NCBI GenBank assembly: GCA_041173245.1
Contig: JBEDIY010000060.1
Location: 15,640 to 79,639, forward strand
Direction: 5' to 3'
Origin: Bacteroidota bacterium
GTDB taxonomy: Bacteria; Bacteroidota; Bacteroidia; Chitinophagales; Chitinophagaceae
DNA length: 64,000 nucleotides
Shown here: piece by piece, positions 29,184 to 38,597 of the stretch
Numbering within the stretch: position 1 is the stretch's first letter
How the letters are laid out: every line of letters begins with the position of its first letter
The notes under the pieces: generated by a model
Databases searched by the model: none
What the model was told of the DNA's origin: nothing
The model's input: only the letters and a program-made list of their open reading frames with translations
Made by a program: the position numbers and the translations under genes

Positions 29184-29218
29184 AATTTGATATCGATTAA
29201 TGGGTAATTATTGTTTCT

Positions 29219-29980
29219 TTGCATGCAAATCTACTTCAATTGAGCAAAAAAATACGTGTTGGGGCTGTAAGTTATTTAAATACAAAGCCATTACTCTATG
29301 GTTTACAGCATCATGACGTGTTTGAAAGTATCGAATTAATAGAAGATTATCCGGCCAATTTGGCCATAGCATTACAAGATAATGCTATAGATATTGGGCT
29401 TATACCTGTGGCGGTAATGCCTGATTTAGCGGAGTCATATATTATTTCAGATTATTGCATTGGTGCTACAGGGCCTGTTGCTTCGGTATGTATATTTAGC
29501 CAAGTACCTATAGAATCTATACAAACAGTGTATCTCGATTACCAAAGTAAAACCTCTGTAAACCTGGCCCGAATTTTATTAAAAAACTATTGGAAAAAAG
29601 ATGTGTTGCTCCTAGAGGCCCCTGCAAATTTTATGGATTTTATAGATGGTACAACGGCAGCTGTAATAATAGGAGATAGGGCGCTAGAAAATTACAACAG
29701 TTATCCTTACCGTTATGATTTGGCAGAAGCCTGGATGAACTATACGGGTAAGCCTTTTGTATTTGCGACATGGGTGTCTAATAAACCACTTGATGATTTG
29801 TTTATTGCAAATTTCAATGAAGCCAATAGGCTTGGAATCGAAAATATTGATACAGTAGTTGATCAGCTATCGCATTCAAATAATACCTACGATTTACATA
29901 CTTATTTCACTAAAAATATTAGCTATAAGCTAGATGCGGCTAAAAAAGAGGGGATGGCTCAGTTTTTATCTTTACTATAA
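29219..29980 (+). CDS. mqnA: chorismate dehydratase (futalosine pathway, MqnA)
   Basis: About 250 aa. N-terminal IRVGAVSYLNTKPLLYGL typical of MqnA. There is no in-frame ATG near the N-terminus, so the start must be TTG at 29219 or TTG at 29240. Confidence 0.7.
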   Translation: MHANLLQLSKKIRVGAVSYLNTKPLLYGLQHHDVFESIELIEDYPANLAIALQDNAIDIGLIPVAVMPDLAESYIISDYCIGATGPVASVCIFSQVPIESIQTVYLDYQSKTSVNLARILLKNYWKKDVLLLEAPANFMDFIDGTTAAVIIGDRALENYNSYPYRYDLAEAWMNYTGKPFVFATWVSNKPLDDLFIANFNEANRLGIENIDTVVDQLSHSNNTYDLHTYFTKNISYKLDAAKKEGMAQFLSLL

Positions 29981-29990
29981 ATACAATTAA

Positions 29991-30794
29991 TTATTTATAG
30001 TTTTTTGTGATTCTATTTTTAATAAATTTCCAGATGTACTGAAACGATACTCTGTTTTCGGTGTAAATAACTTCCTTGTTATTGATGAGTGTTTTTAAGT
30101 TATCGAGATACCAATCTTTATGCTTGTCAACAATGTAATTAATTAGGGCAGCTCTGTTGGGTATAGTATCGTTAGCTAGTGTAGATTTATCTGTTTGTCT
30201 ATAAAATAATAAGTGTTCCTGAATCACATGTACATTCCAGTTTTTTTGTGCAATTCGGATATAAAATTCCCAATCTTCGTAACCCATTTTCATGGCTTCA
30301 TCATATCCGCCAACTTCATCCCACACTGATTTTTTTACCATCGCACAGGCAGGACATTGATTGGAAAATAAAAAGTTAGCAGCGGTTCCACCTCTTGGTT
30401 TTGAACTACCTGTTTTGTTACCAAAAAAACGGATATAACTTGTTACAACAGCTGTTTGTGGCTCTTTTTCAAATACAGCTAAAGCTTTTTCAAAAAAAGT
30501 AGTATCAAAATAATCATCGGCGTCTATGGCTGCAATAAAATTCCCTTTGGCGTGTTTAGCACCGGTATTTCTAGCTGCAGACATACGTGCATTGGCCTGA
30601 TGAATAACCTGAATTTGCGCGTCGTCAGATAAAGAATGTAGATAGGTAATAGTTGATTCGTCGGTAGAACCATCATTTACCACAATAATTTCAAAATTAG
30701 TAAAGGTTTGTTGTTTTAATCTAGCAATGGTTTCAGGTAAATATTTACCATCATTATAACAAGGGATAACAACACTAATGTGTGGATTTGTCAT
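29991..30794 (-). CDS. glycosyltransferase family 2
   Basis: About 267 aa from ATG 30794 (MTNPHISVVIPCYNDGKYL). GT-A motifs VVNDGSTD and IAAIDADD. The TTG start at 30818 would overlap the upstream gene. Confidence 0.85.
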   Translation of the reverse strand: MTNPHISVVIPCYNDGKYLPETIARLKQQTFTNFEIIVVNDGSTDESTITYLHSLSDDAQIQVIHQANARMSAARNTGAKHAKGNFIAAIDADDYFDTTFFEKALAVFEKEPQTAVVTSYIRFFGNKTGSSKPRGGTAANFLFSNQCPACAMVKKSVWDEVGGYDEAMKMGYEDWEFYIRIAQKNWNVHVIQEHLLFYRQTDKSTLANDTIPNRAALINYIVDKHKDWYLDNLKTLINNKEVIYTENRVSFQYIWKFIKNRITKNYK

Positions 30795-30805
30795 GTTTGA
30801 TTGAT

Positions 30806-31624
30806 TTACCTGTAACAAAATATATTAAGTTGAACATCGTAAATAGTACCCGTTTGTTTTTGATAGAAAGGCATGTCTAAATTATCGGCAGCCATTTTTA
30901 TGTAAGTTTTAAAACCTGCATTTGAAACAATATGCAAAATGGTTTCCAATTTATAGGTTTCGTTAGCTAAACCATGGTATTCGATAAACAAATGTTGCAC
31001 TTTATGTAATTCGTTCGCAATATCTTGAACAACAGGATATTCGGCACCTTCTATATCAATTTTTAATAAATCGATTTGCGTTTGCTCAGCTAAAATAGTA
31101 GCTAATTTTATAGTAGGTACTTGAAAACTACTATTCCCAGTTACATCAATACTACTTGCTTCTGACCCTTTGTTATCAAACGAAATAGTTCCGTTTTCTG
31201 TCCAAACAGCTGCTCTATGAAGGGTATAATTGATCATGCTATTTTGAGCCATATTTTTTTCAAATATGTCTGCTAAACTTTGATCAGGTTCAAAAGCAAT
31301 CAGTGTTGCAGCTGGATAAATTGATTTAAAGTATAAACTGCTAATACCAATATTAGCGCCACAATCTATAATTACAGGATTTGTATGGGTTGCATCAAAA
31401 CGGTATATTTCGCATACAAATATTTCACTATATGTTTTGAGTAATTCATAAGGTCTTTTATATAAAACAGAAATGGGGCCAAGGTTTCTTAATTTGAGGG
31501 TGGTATCATCTTCATGTTTGATGATTTTACCCATAACCCATGAGATAGGGGCAAACCTAGTATCGAGCGCATGCCCTTTGAGGTTTTTTAAAATGCCTTG
31601 CAGTATATTTGTAATCAAGCCCAT
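30806..31624 (-). CDS. FkbM family SAM-dependent methyltransferase
   Basis: About 272 aa. VIIDCGANIGISSLYF and AFEP motifs. Start uncertain: ATG 31624, ATG 31534 or TTG 31636. Confidence 0.8.
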   Translation of the reverse strand: MGLITNILQGILKNLKGHALDTRFAPISWVMGKIIKHEDDTTLKLRNLGPISVLYKRPYELLKTYSEIFVCEIYRFDATHTNPVIIDCGANIGISSLYFKSIYPAATLIAFEPDQSLADIFEKNMAQNSMINYTLHRAAVWTENGTISFDNKGSEASSIDVTGNSSFQVPTIKLATILAEQTQIDLLKIDIEGAEYPVVQDIANELHKVQHLFIEYHGLANETYKLETILHIVSNAGFKTYIKMAADNLDMPFYQKQTGTIYDVQLNIFCYR

Positions 31625-31639
31625 AATTACGATCAATTA

Positions 31640-32581
31640 ATGAATCAACCACTTGTATCTATATGTATTCCTGCTTATAAAAAGCCAGAATATGTTGTTC
31701 GTTGCATTGAATCGGTGCTCAAACAAACCTACAAGCAGGTTGAAATTGTCATTTCTGACGATTCTCCCAACCAAGATATAAAATTAGCAATAGAATCTTA
31801 CAATTCTATTATCTCTATTAAATATTATCACAACAATCCAGCTTTAAAAAGCCCCATCAATTGGAACAACGCGCTTAATAAAGCTACTGGTCATTTTTAT
31901 ATGCTGATGCATCAAGATGACTGGTTTGAAGTAGATCATGCTATTGAAACCTATGTTCAAACCTTTGAGGCAAACCCACAAGTAGATTTTGTTTTTTGTA
32001 GAAATACGGCTATTCAACCAGATGGTCAAGTTTTACAATTACAAGCAATTCCTTCTTTGCTAAAGGACATGCAAAAGCATCCCAATCACTTAGTAAGGGC
32101 TAATGTTATTGGACCACCTAGTAATACCATGTTACGCAGTAAAGTTTCTGTTAGGTATGATGAAGCTTATATTTGGCTTGTTGATGTTGATTATTATGTT
32201 CAGTTATTAGAAGCTGGGCATGGCTATAAATACCTAGATGCGCATTTGGTAAGCATTGGGCTCCATGAAGATCAAACCACTGTTTTTTGCCGAAACAACG
32301 AAGACGTAATCATTAAAGAAAATATTTGGTTTGCCAGCAAAATAGGGAATACAGCGTTTAAGGATATTCTTATTTATGACTATTACTGGCGCCTGCTTCG
32401 AAACTATAAAATACGTTCGATACAAGATATAACTGTAACAGGTGTCAATGAGCAAACCATTTTACCTGTCATACATCATATGCTTGCGCTGCAACAAAAT
32501 ATGCCATTATCCATTTTAAAAATAGGTATCGTATCTAAGACACTTATGTTTTTTAATTATTTGCTAAAACCCAATCATTAA
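31640..32581 (+). CDS. glycosyltransferase family 2
   Basis: About 313 aa from ATG 31640 (MNQPLVSICIPAYKKPEYV). ISDDSPN and QDD motifs. Confidence 0.85.
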   Translation: MNQPLVSICIPAYKKPEYVVRCIESVLKQTYKQVEIVISDDSPNQDIKLAIESYNSIISIKYYHNNPALKSPINWNNALNKATGHFYMLMHQDDWFEVDHAIETYVQTFEANPQVDFVFCRNTAIQPDGQVLQLQAIPSLLKDMQKHPNHLVRANVIGPPSNTMLRSKVSVRYDEAYIWLVDVDYYVQLLEAGHGYKYLDAHLVSIGLHEDQTTVFCRNNEDVIIKENIWFASKIGNTAFKDILIYDYYWRLLRNYKIRSIQDITVTGVNEQTILPVIHHMLALQQNMPLSILKIGIVSKTLMFFNYLLKPNH

Positions 32582-32587
32582 AAATCA

Positions 32588-33559
32588 ATGCTCTCCGTTG
32601 TTATTGTTAACTATCACTCCATGCCTTGGCTAACAAAGCTTTTTGCTTCTGTTGCGCAGTTATATGCATCAGAAAATATAGAATGGATTGTAGTAAACAA
32701 CGCATCTGGCCCCAATGATAAACAAGAACTTCTAGATCAATTTTCTTTTATTCAATGGCTTGAAATGGGCTACAATGCAGGTTTTGCAAGGGCTTGCAAC
32801 AAGGGTATTGAGGCTACAAAAGGTGACGCTGTTTTATTGTTAAACCCCGACACTTATTTTACAGACAATAGTTTAGTTACCTGTTACAACTATTTAAAAG
32901 ACAGTGACGCTGTTGCTTGTGGTGTTCAACTATACACACCAGAAGGTATTCCTCAATACAGTGCTTCGCATTTTATGCGTGGCGGATTAAACTATTTATT
33001 AAAAATTCCTATTTGGGGATCCATCTTAAAAAAACTAGCAGCAGGTGTTAATGTTTCAAAACCTAGTTTAGATAAAGCAGTTGGAACACAGCAGGTAGGA
33101 TGGATTTCTGGCGCATTTTTAATGGCCAAAAAAGATGCAATCAATAAAGCAGGCATGCTTGATACATCGTTTTTTTTATATGGCGAAGAAGTAGAGTGGT
33201 GCTATAGACTTGGTAAAATTGGTACCCTTGAACTTTATGGGAACTTAGGCGTGGTACATTTAGAAGGGGTTAATATTTCAAATGCAAGTGGGAGTGCCGT
33301 AAATGATTATAACTATCTGTACGATAAAAAAGGACTTCAACTCATGGTCTCCAATCATTTATTGGTGCGTAAGGTTTTTGGAATAAGCTGGTGTTTATTT
33401 CATTACCTCAATTACATGTGGGGAGCGCTTATATGCCTTATCGCAAATCCAATGAACCAGAAAAAAAATGCAGTACGGTTTATGGGTAACTGTTTGCGTT
33501 TAACCACTTGGATTCCAGCCATACTTATTAATGTAAAAAAACTCTACAAGGTTTTGTAG
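32588..33559 (+). CDS. glycosyltransferase family 2 (rhamnosyltransferase-like, COG1216-type)
   Basis: 323 aa. LSVVIVNYHS, NNASGPND, NAGFARACNKG, LLLNPDT, EEVEWCYR motifs. Confidence 0.85.
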   Translation: MLSVVIVNYHSMPWLTKLFASVAQLYASENIEWIVVNNASGPNDKQELLDQFSFIQWLEMGYNAGFARACNKGIEATKGDAVLLLNPDTYFTDNSLVTCYNYLKDSDAVACGVQLYTPEGIPQYSASHFMRGGLNYLLKIPIWGSILKKLAAGVNVSKPSLDKAVGTQQVGWISGAFLMAKKDAINKAGMLDTSFFLYGEEVEWCYRLGKIGTLELYGNLGVVHLEGVNISNASGSAVNDYNYLYDKKGLQLMVSNHLLVRKVFGISWCLFHYLNYMWGALICLIANPMNQKKNAVRFMGNCLRLTTWIPAILINVKKLYKVL

Positions 33560-33562
33560 TTG

Positions 33563-34465
33563 TTAAAGTCCAATCAATCCTTTTAAGGTATCAATTCTAA
33601 ATTTTACAATAGGCCAAAATTGCGCGGGCTTTCCTTTAAAGGTATATCCAAGGCCTAATACAATTGAAGCAGCTAGTTTACATAAATATTCGATCACCTT
33701 TTTAAAGTAACTAAAACTGCCAATGGCAAGGGTTCTGGTTTTTTCGCCTCGGCCCATGCCACTTGCAACATTGTATAAATAAGTAGGTGTTAATTTTTTA
33801 GTTTCTACAATATGATGCACGACAATCGAAGGATCATAATAGATAGTGTGTCCAAGTTCCATAATGCTATAAAAAAGGGCTTTCCCTTCTCCACCAATTC
33901 TTACTGTTCCAACAACACCCGGAAGGGCTTCATTAAAACCACCTACCTGATCATAAACATCTTTTCTCACAATCATATTTGACTCAAGCGGATACTTGCC
34001 ATTTTTAAAAGGGGCATAGGTTTCGCTGTAATGGAAATGTCCCACCATCGACGAAACATAATAACTCATCCAAGCTGGCTCACCTGGTATATACTTTGGA
34101 ATGATTCGACCACCAAAACCAACACGTTCAGGGAAAGTATGAATATGTTTTAAAATATTTTGTACAAAATCTGGAAATGCAACAGCATCATCATCCATAA
34201 AACATAACCATTGACCTGTAGCTAATTTGGCACCCGTGTTACGTGCAAATGATGCACCTTGTTTCGTTTCTGAGCTGATAATAAAATTTCCGAGTGGATG
34301 TGTTGTTCTCCAATCACTCGCTATTTGTAAGCTGTTATCTGTAGAATTGTTGTCAACAAAAACAACTTCAAAATCTTTTAGATGTTCTGTAGACTCGTAT
34401 AAACTATCGAGGGCGCCAGTAATATAACTAGCTCTATTATAACTACAAATGACAATTGATAACAT
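33563..34465 (-). CDS. glycosyltransferase family 2
   Basis: 300 aa. MLSIVICSYNR, VDNNSTDNS, FMDDDA motifs. Its ATG overlaps the YfhO stop codon (TAATG). Confidence 0.85.
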   Translation of the reverse strand: MLSIVICSYNRASYITGALDSLYESTEHLKDFEVVFVDNNSTDNSLQIASDWRTTHPLGNFIISSETKQGASFARNTGAKLATGQWLCFMDDDAVAFPDFVQNILKHIHTFPERVGFGGRIIPKYIPGEPAWMSYYVSSMVGHFHYSETYAPFKNGKYPLESNMIVRKDVYDQVGGFNEALPGVVGTVRIGGEGKALFYSIMELGHTIYYDPSIVVHHIVETKKLTPTYLYNVASGMGRGEKTRTLAIGSFSYFKKVIEYLCKLAASIVLGLGYTFKGKPAQFWPIVKFRIDTLKGLIGL

Positions 34466-36945
34466 TAATCTTTTTTAGACCTTACAAAAAATACAATAGA
34501 TCCAATAGCCAATAACCAAACCAGTGATACGGCACCCAATCCTAATTTATTCGCTAAAATCACTTCAGAAGGCTCAAACTTGAATGTAATTTTATGAGAA
34601 CCTGCTGGAACTTCGATAGTACGTAGCACATAATTACATTTATAAATAGGGGTTTCTTTATCATCGATAAATGCTTTCCAACCATAGGTATAATAGATTT
34701 CACTAAATACAGCTAATTGTTTTGAACTAGATGTACTCGTATATTCCATTTGGTCATTTTGCTTACGCACCAGCTTAATACTCGCTGCACTATCTTTTGC
34801 GTATATAGTATCCAATTTCCAATCTTGCTTTTCAACCACCGCTTGTGTTGCTGGCTTAAAGTTTGTGATTGTTTTCATGACTGCAGCAGCATCAGGTTGT
34901 ACAGAAACACTTTGAACAAACCATGCATTACCAAGTGCATCAGGATTTGGAATGGTATCTTTATTAATATCTCCCTGAATAAAATACTTGGTGTTTAGCA
35001 TATTAGCCGTTGGCATACTATTCGGAAAATTATACCATTGATTTTCTATAAGATCTTGATATATACTAAGTTTAGCTGGATGATAGCCTCCAACACTATG
35101 ATGGAAATAAGAATTTAATGCACCAGAATTAAATGCCGCTTGAATACCACCACGTAAATCTAATACACGGTAATAAGTAGTGTCTTTTAATAAAGCCGCA
35201 TCGGTAGGAGAAGGATTGAAATTAGCTTCCGCTTCGATGGCTTCAGAAAAATTAGATGCATTAAAATATTGTAAGTCTACTTTAAATAAATCAAATAATG
35301 CAACAAAGCCAATGGCAACAATAAAAATAACTTTTGAGATAAACTTTCTATAATATAAAAATATTGCTACAAATAAAACGGCTGCGAGTCCAAGTGACTT
35401 AAACAAGTCTGACGAAAACATGGCTTGTCTATCTGCAGCTAACCCGTCTACTAAGCTAGCTACTGGTGCTTCAAAAGCAGCTCGTTGGTTTGGTTCAGGT
35501 ATTTGTTGTACTTGTTTAATTAAATCAGCTTCTGAGGTGCTTTTAAAATTTTGAGTGGCATAAAAATAGAAAGCAATTACAAAAAGTGCTCCAGTGATAT
35601 ATAATGCTGGTTTGATTTTCTGTAAGAATGATTCTTTATTGTCTTCAAATTTATTTGCAATTTCTTGTGCACTTAATATCGCCATCATACCTAGTAATAA
35701 AGTAGGAATCACCATAATCATACTAGGCGCTCTAAACTTATTATAAAAAGGTAAATGGTCTAACATAAAGACATTAAAACTTTCGAAGTATAAACCATAA
35801 GAAAGCAACAAGGAAAGAAGGATAGCTCCACCAATCCAAAAACGGTGCTTAATATTTTTATATCCAAAACCAATAAGTCCAATTAAGCCAAATAAGAATC
35901 CAATGTAAGGAGGGCCGGCAGTATAACCAATGCCACCCCAATAAAAACGGATATAACCTTGTAATTGCTCAGCAACTTGTTGTGGCATAGATTGTAAAGC
36001 TTCGATGGCTTTTGAACCTGCTGGATCAATATTATTAGGATCACTACCACCGCCATAAATATTAGGGAATAGGAGTGTTAATGGTTCTGGCTTAAGCATA
36101 CTATAATCGAGTGCATAAGCTTTACTTAAACCCTCTGTAGATTTGGTTCCATCTGCTTTTGCAAGAACAGAACCGCCTCTAATGGAAGCTTTTCCATAGT
36201 TATAAGTGCTAAATAACATGGGGGCATTACTTAAAATACCTAGTAAGATAACAATGGCAGCACCAGCAAAACATTGCAGAATTGATTTGTAGGATTTTGC
36301 TTTAATCCAAATAACCAAATAATACAACGATAAAAATCCTGCTATAATAAAAGTATAATAGGCAATTTGAAGGTGGTTGCATCCAAATAGTTCGGTACTC
36401 GCAATGGCAAGTAAAATCAGTCCAATTAAAAATTTTCGTTCATACACGAGTATCAGTGAGCCAATAAAAAATGGCATATACGCTATAGCATGTAATTTGG
36501 TAATATGCCCAACGATAGCAATGATAGGATTGTAGGTAGCAAATCCATATCCCAGTGCGCCAACAATGCCTATGAGATAATGAACGCCAAGTACCTGCGA
36601 TAAAAAGTAAAAGGCAAGGCAGGCCAAGAAAAAATAACCCATGGGTTCAGGAAGTCCCATTTGGAATATAGCGTCTAACTTACCTAATGAATAGGCAAAA
36701 GGTATGATGCCCGTAATTTGATAGGCTGGCATTCCAGCAAACATTCCATTTGTCCAATATGGGAGGGTACCAGTTGCTTCTTTACTTTTGAGTGCATCTT
36801 GCGCCATTCCTTTCCACTGCACCACATCTGATTGTTGTAACACTTTACCTTGTAAAATAGGTTTGCAATAAAGTGCGGCAACTATTAAAAATATACCAAC
36901 TGCAATAAGATGCGGTATTATTGATTTCAGGTTCAACTGCTTCAT
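34465..36945 (-). CDS. YfhO family polytopic membrane protein (GT-C-like glycosyltransferase)
   Basis: 826 aa. About 12 or more TM helices in the N-terminal two thirds, a large C-terminal extracytoplasmic domain and a final TM anchor. The N-terminal pattern (KPILQGKVLQQSDVVQWKGM...YWTNGMFAGMP) matches Bacteroidota YfhO proteins as I remember them. Confidence 0.75.
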   Translation of the reverse strand: MKQLNLKSIIPHLIAVGIFLIVAALYCKPILQGKVLQQSDVVQWKGMAQDALKSKEATGTLPYWTNGMFAGMPAYQITGIIPFAYSLGKLDAIFQMGLPEPMGYFFLACLAFYFLSQVLGVHYLIGIVGALGYGFATYNPIIAIVGHITKLHAIAYMPFFIGSLILVYERKFLIGLILLAIASTELFGCNHLQIAYYTFIIAGFLSLYYLVIWIKAKSYKSILQCFAGAAIVILLGILSNAPMLFSTYNYGKASIRGGSVLAKADGTKSTEGLSKAYALDYSMLKPEPLTLLFPNIYGGGSDPNNIDPAGSKAIEALQSMPQQVAEQLQGYIRFYWGGIGYTAGPPYIGFLFGLIGLIGFGYKNIKHRFWIGGAILLSLLLSYGLYFESFNVFMLDHLPFYNKFRAPSMIMVIPTLLLGMMAILSAQEIANKFEDNKESFLQKIKPALYITGALFVIAFYFYATQNFKSTSEADLIKQVQQIPEPNQRAAFEAPVASLVDGLAADRQAMFSSDLFKSLGLAAVLFVAIFLYYRKFISKVIFIVAIGFVALFDLFKVDLQYFNASNFSEAIEAEANFNPSPTDAALLKDTTYYRVLDLRGGIQAAFNSGALNSYFHHSVGGYHPAKLSIYQDLIENQWYNFPNSMPTANMLNTKYFIQGDINKDTIPNPDALGNAWFVQSVSVQPDAAAVMKTITNFKPATQAVVEKQDWKLDTIYAKDSAASIKLVRKQNDQMEYTSTSSSKQLAVFSEIYYTYGWKAFIDDKETPIYKCNYVLRTIEVPAGSHKITFKFEPSEVILANKLGLGAVSLVWLLAIGSIVFFVRSKKD

Positions 36946-37055
36946 GTATATGGATTTATCAGGTGTTACAAACCTAACAAAATTTTACTTTAAAATGTCC
37001 TTTCAATGCCTATAAATAAGCAACTTACACGTATTTTTAAGGTAATATTCAAATC

Positions 37056-37355
37056 ATGACGAAATACCAATTTTATTCTAAAATTACATTTATTTGTAAT
37101 ATATTATTTTGTTATTGTTTGTATATTAGGTCTACCAAGATTGGAATTGTATCTGACAACTTGTTATTTTCATTTAGCTCAGTTGTCATTATTCTTGGAT
37201 GGTTTATTGCCCCAGTTCTAACTACCATCGAAAACATTTACCTGTTTTGGTTGTTTTTACAAAAACAGCCTTCTGGTTTGCCTAGCTGGCGAATTGTTTT
37301 AACTGTTTTTTTTCTGATTACTCAAATTTTTGTTCATTTTATAATGCCTGCATGA
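37056..37355 (+). CDS. small hypothetical membrane protein (3 predicted TM helices)
   Basis: 99 aa, strongly hydrophobic. Its stop overlaps the start of the downstream transporter (ATGA). Confidence 0.4.
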   Translation: MTKYQFYSKITFICNILFCYCLYIRSTKIGIVSDNLLFSFSSVVIILGWFIAPVLTTIENIYLFWLFLQKQPSGLPSWRIVLTVFFLITQIFVHFIMPA

Positions 37356-38134
37356 TTCATTCTATTTTAAAAGACAAGCCAACCAAATTATTTGTAAGTA
37401 TTGCTGCCTTTTTTATTGCCAATGCACTGATTGCCGAATGTATTGGGGGTAAAATATTTTCACTTGAAAAAGTGTTTGGTATGACGCCTTCAAATTTTAC
37501 CATTTTTGGACAATTTGGTTTAGCCTTCAATTTAACTTGCGGTGTTTTATTGTGGCCACTTGAATTTATTGTTACCGATATTGTTAACGAATATTACGGC
37601 CCTAAAGCAGTAAAGCGTATAAGCTATACGGCAGTGGTACTTATTATTTATGCATTTATCATGTTTTATGGAGCCATGCATGTAGCACCCGCCGATTTCT
37701 GGATTACTTCTAAACAAGCAGATGGTATTGATAATATGCAAACAGCATTTAGTGGCATATTTGGACAAGGTATGTGGATTATTTTGGGTAGCATTACGGC
37801 CTTTTTAGTAAGCCAACTCATTGATGTTACTGTTTTTCATAAAATAAAAAAGATGACAGGAGAGAAGTGGGTGTGGTTACGTGCAACTGGATCTACGGTG
37901 GTATCACAACTAGTGGATAGTTTTATTGTTTTGTTTATTGCCTTTAAAATTGGCAACGGCTGGACCTGGCAATTGGTACTTGCCATTTGTCTAGTAAATT
38001 ATGCGTACAAATTTACAATGGCTATTGTACTAACTCCAATGATATATATTATCGAAAAGCAAATTGATAATTACCTAGGACATGACACCGCTCAAAAAAT
38101 GAAACGTGCGGCGATGGGAATAGAAAATGAGTAA
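37352..38134 (+). CDS. yhhQ: queuosine precursor transporter (YhhQ/VUT family, DUF165)
   Basis: 260 aa, 6-7 TM helices. ITDIVNEYYG and SQLIDVTVF / SQLVDSFIV motifs typical of DUF165. Confidence 0.75.
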   Translation: MIHSILKDKPTKLFVSIAAFFIANALIAECIGGKIFSLEKVFGMTPSNFTIFGQFGLAFNLTCGVLLWPLEFIVTDIVNEYYGPKAVKRISYTAVVLIIYAFIMFYGAMHVAPADFWITSKQADGIDNMQTAFSGIFGQGMWIILGSITAFLVSQLIDVTVFHKIKKMTGEKWVWLRATGSTVVSQLVDSFIVLFIAFKIGNGWTWQLVLAICLVNYAYKFTMAIVLTPMIYIIEKQIDNYLGHDTAQKMKRAAMGIENE

Positions 38135-38137
38135 CTG

Positions 38138-38596
38138 TTACAGTGCTTGCAATATTTTATTTATTACAATTTTATCGATAGGTAGGCTCATAGCTTCTTC
38201 AGATAAATCTTTAAGCGGAATCCATCTTGTGTGTTCGGCTTGTCCATTTTTATCCGCAATTTCTTCGGGTTTAAAATCAAAAGCAATTGACCTTGTTTGA
38301 AGTTGGCTTAAGCTAAAGGGCGAAACATAATAATAGATGGACAAAATTTGATCACCGGTTCTAAATGCAGATGGTTGATAAAAATCAGTGGTATAAATAT
38401 GATCTCCAACTGTTACATCAAGTCCAGTTTCTTCTTTAAATTCACGTATTAGACAATCGCGTGTTCCTTCACCATATTCTAGACCTCCACCAGGTAATTT
38501 TGTAAAATAATCACCCCTGATAAATTCATCACTCACTAATAATCCATGAGTTGAATCTATTAATATTCCATAAATGCGAACTGTTATATGTGACAT
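38138..38596 (-). CDS. NUDIX hydrolase
   Basis: 152 aa. Nudix box GGGLEYGEGTRDCLIREFKEETGL. Confidence 0.85.
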   Translation of the reverse strand: MSHITVRIYGILIDSTHGLLVSDEFIRGDYFTKLPGGGLEYGEGTRDCLIREFKEETGLDVTVGDHIYTTDFYQPSAFRTGDQILSIYYYVSPFSLSQLQTRSIAFDFKPEEIADKNGQAEHTRWIPLKDLSEEAMSLPIDKIVINKILQAL

Positions 38597-38597
38597 G

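Noticed and set aside
29991-36945. Possibility that the glycosyltransferase island is a recent horizontal acquisition, based on compositional deviation.
   Set aside because: Spot counts of a few 60-nt lines gave very variable GC (roughly 27 to 42 percent), similar to the scatter elsewhere. There are no flanking tRNA, repeats or integrase. I did not compute composition or codon usage, so I make no claim.
36961-36982. Small hairpin plus A-rich tail (AGGT-GTTACAA-ACCT-AACAAAA) upstream of the yhhQ unit. It is reminiscent of a preQ1-I riboswitch, which would fit a queuosine-precursor transporter.
   Set aside because: The stem has only 4 bp, and I cannot match the conserved loop or tail nucleotides from memory. 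It lies about 70 nt upstream of the best promoter-like box (TATTTTTA at about 37031), so it would probably not be transcribed with the gene. It also sits 16 nt from the divergent YfhO start. An Rfam covariance-model scan (RF00522) would settle it.
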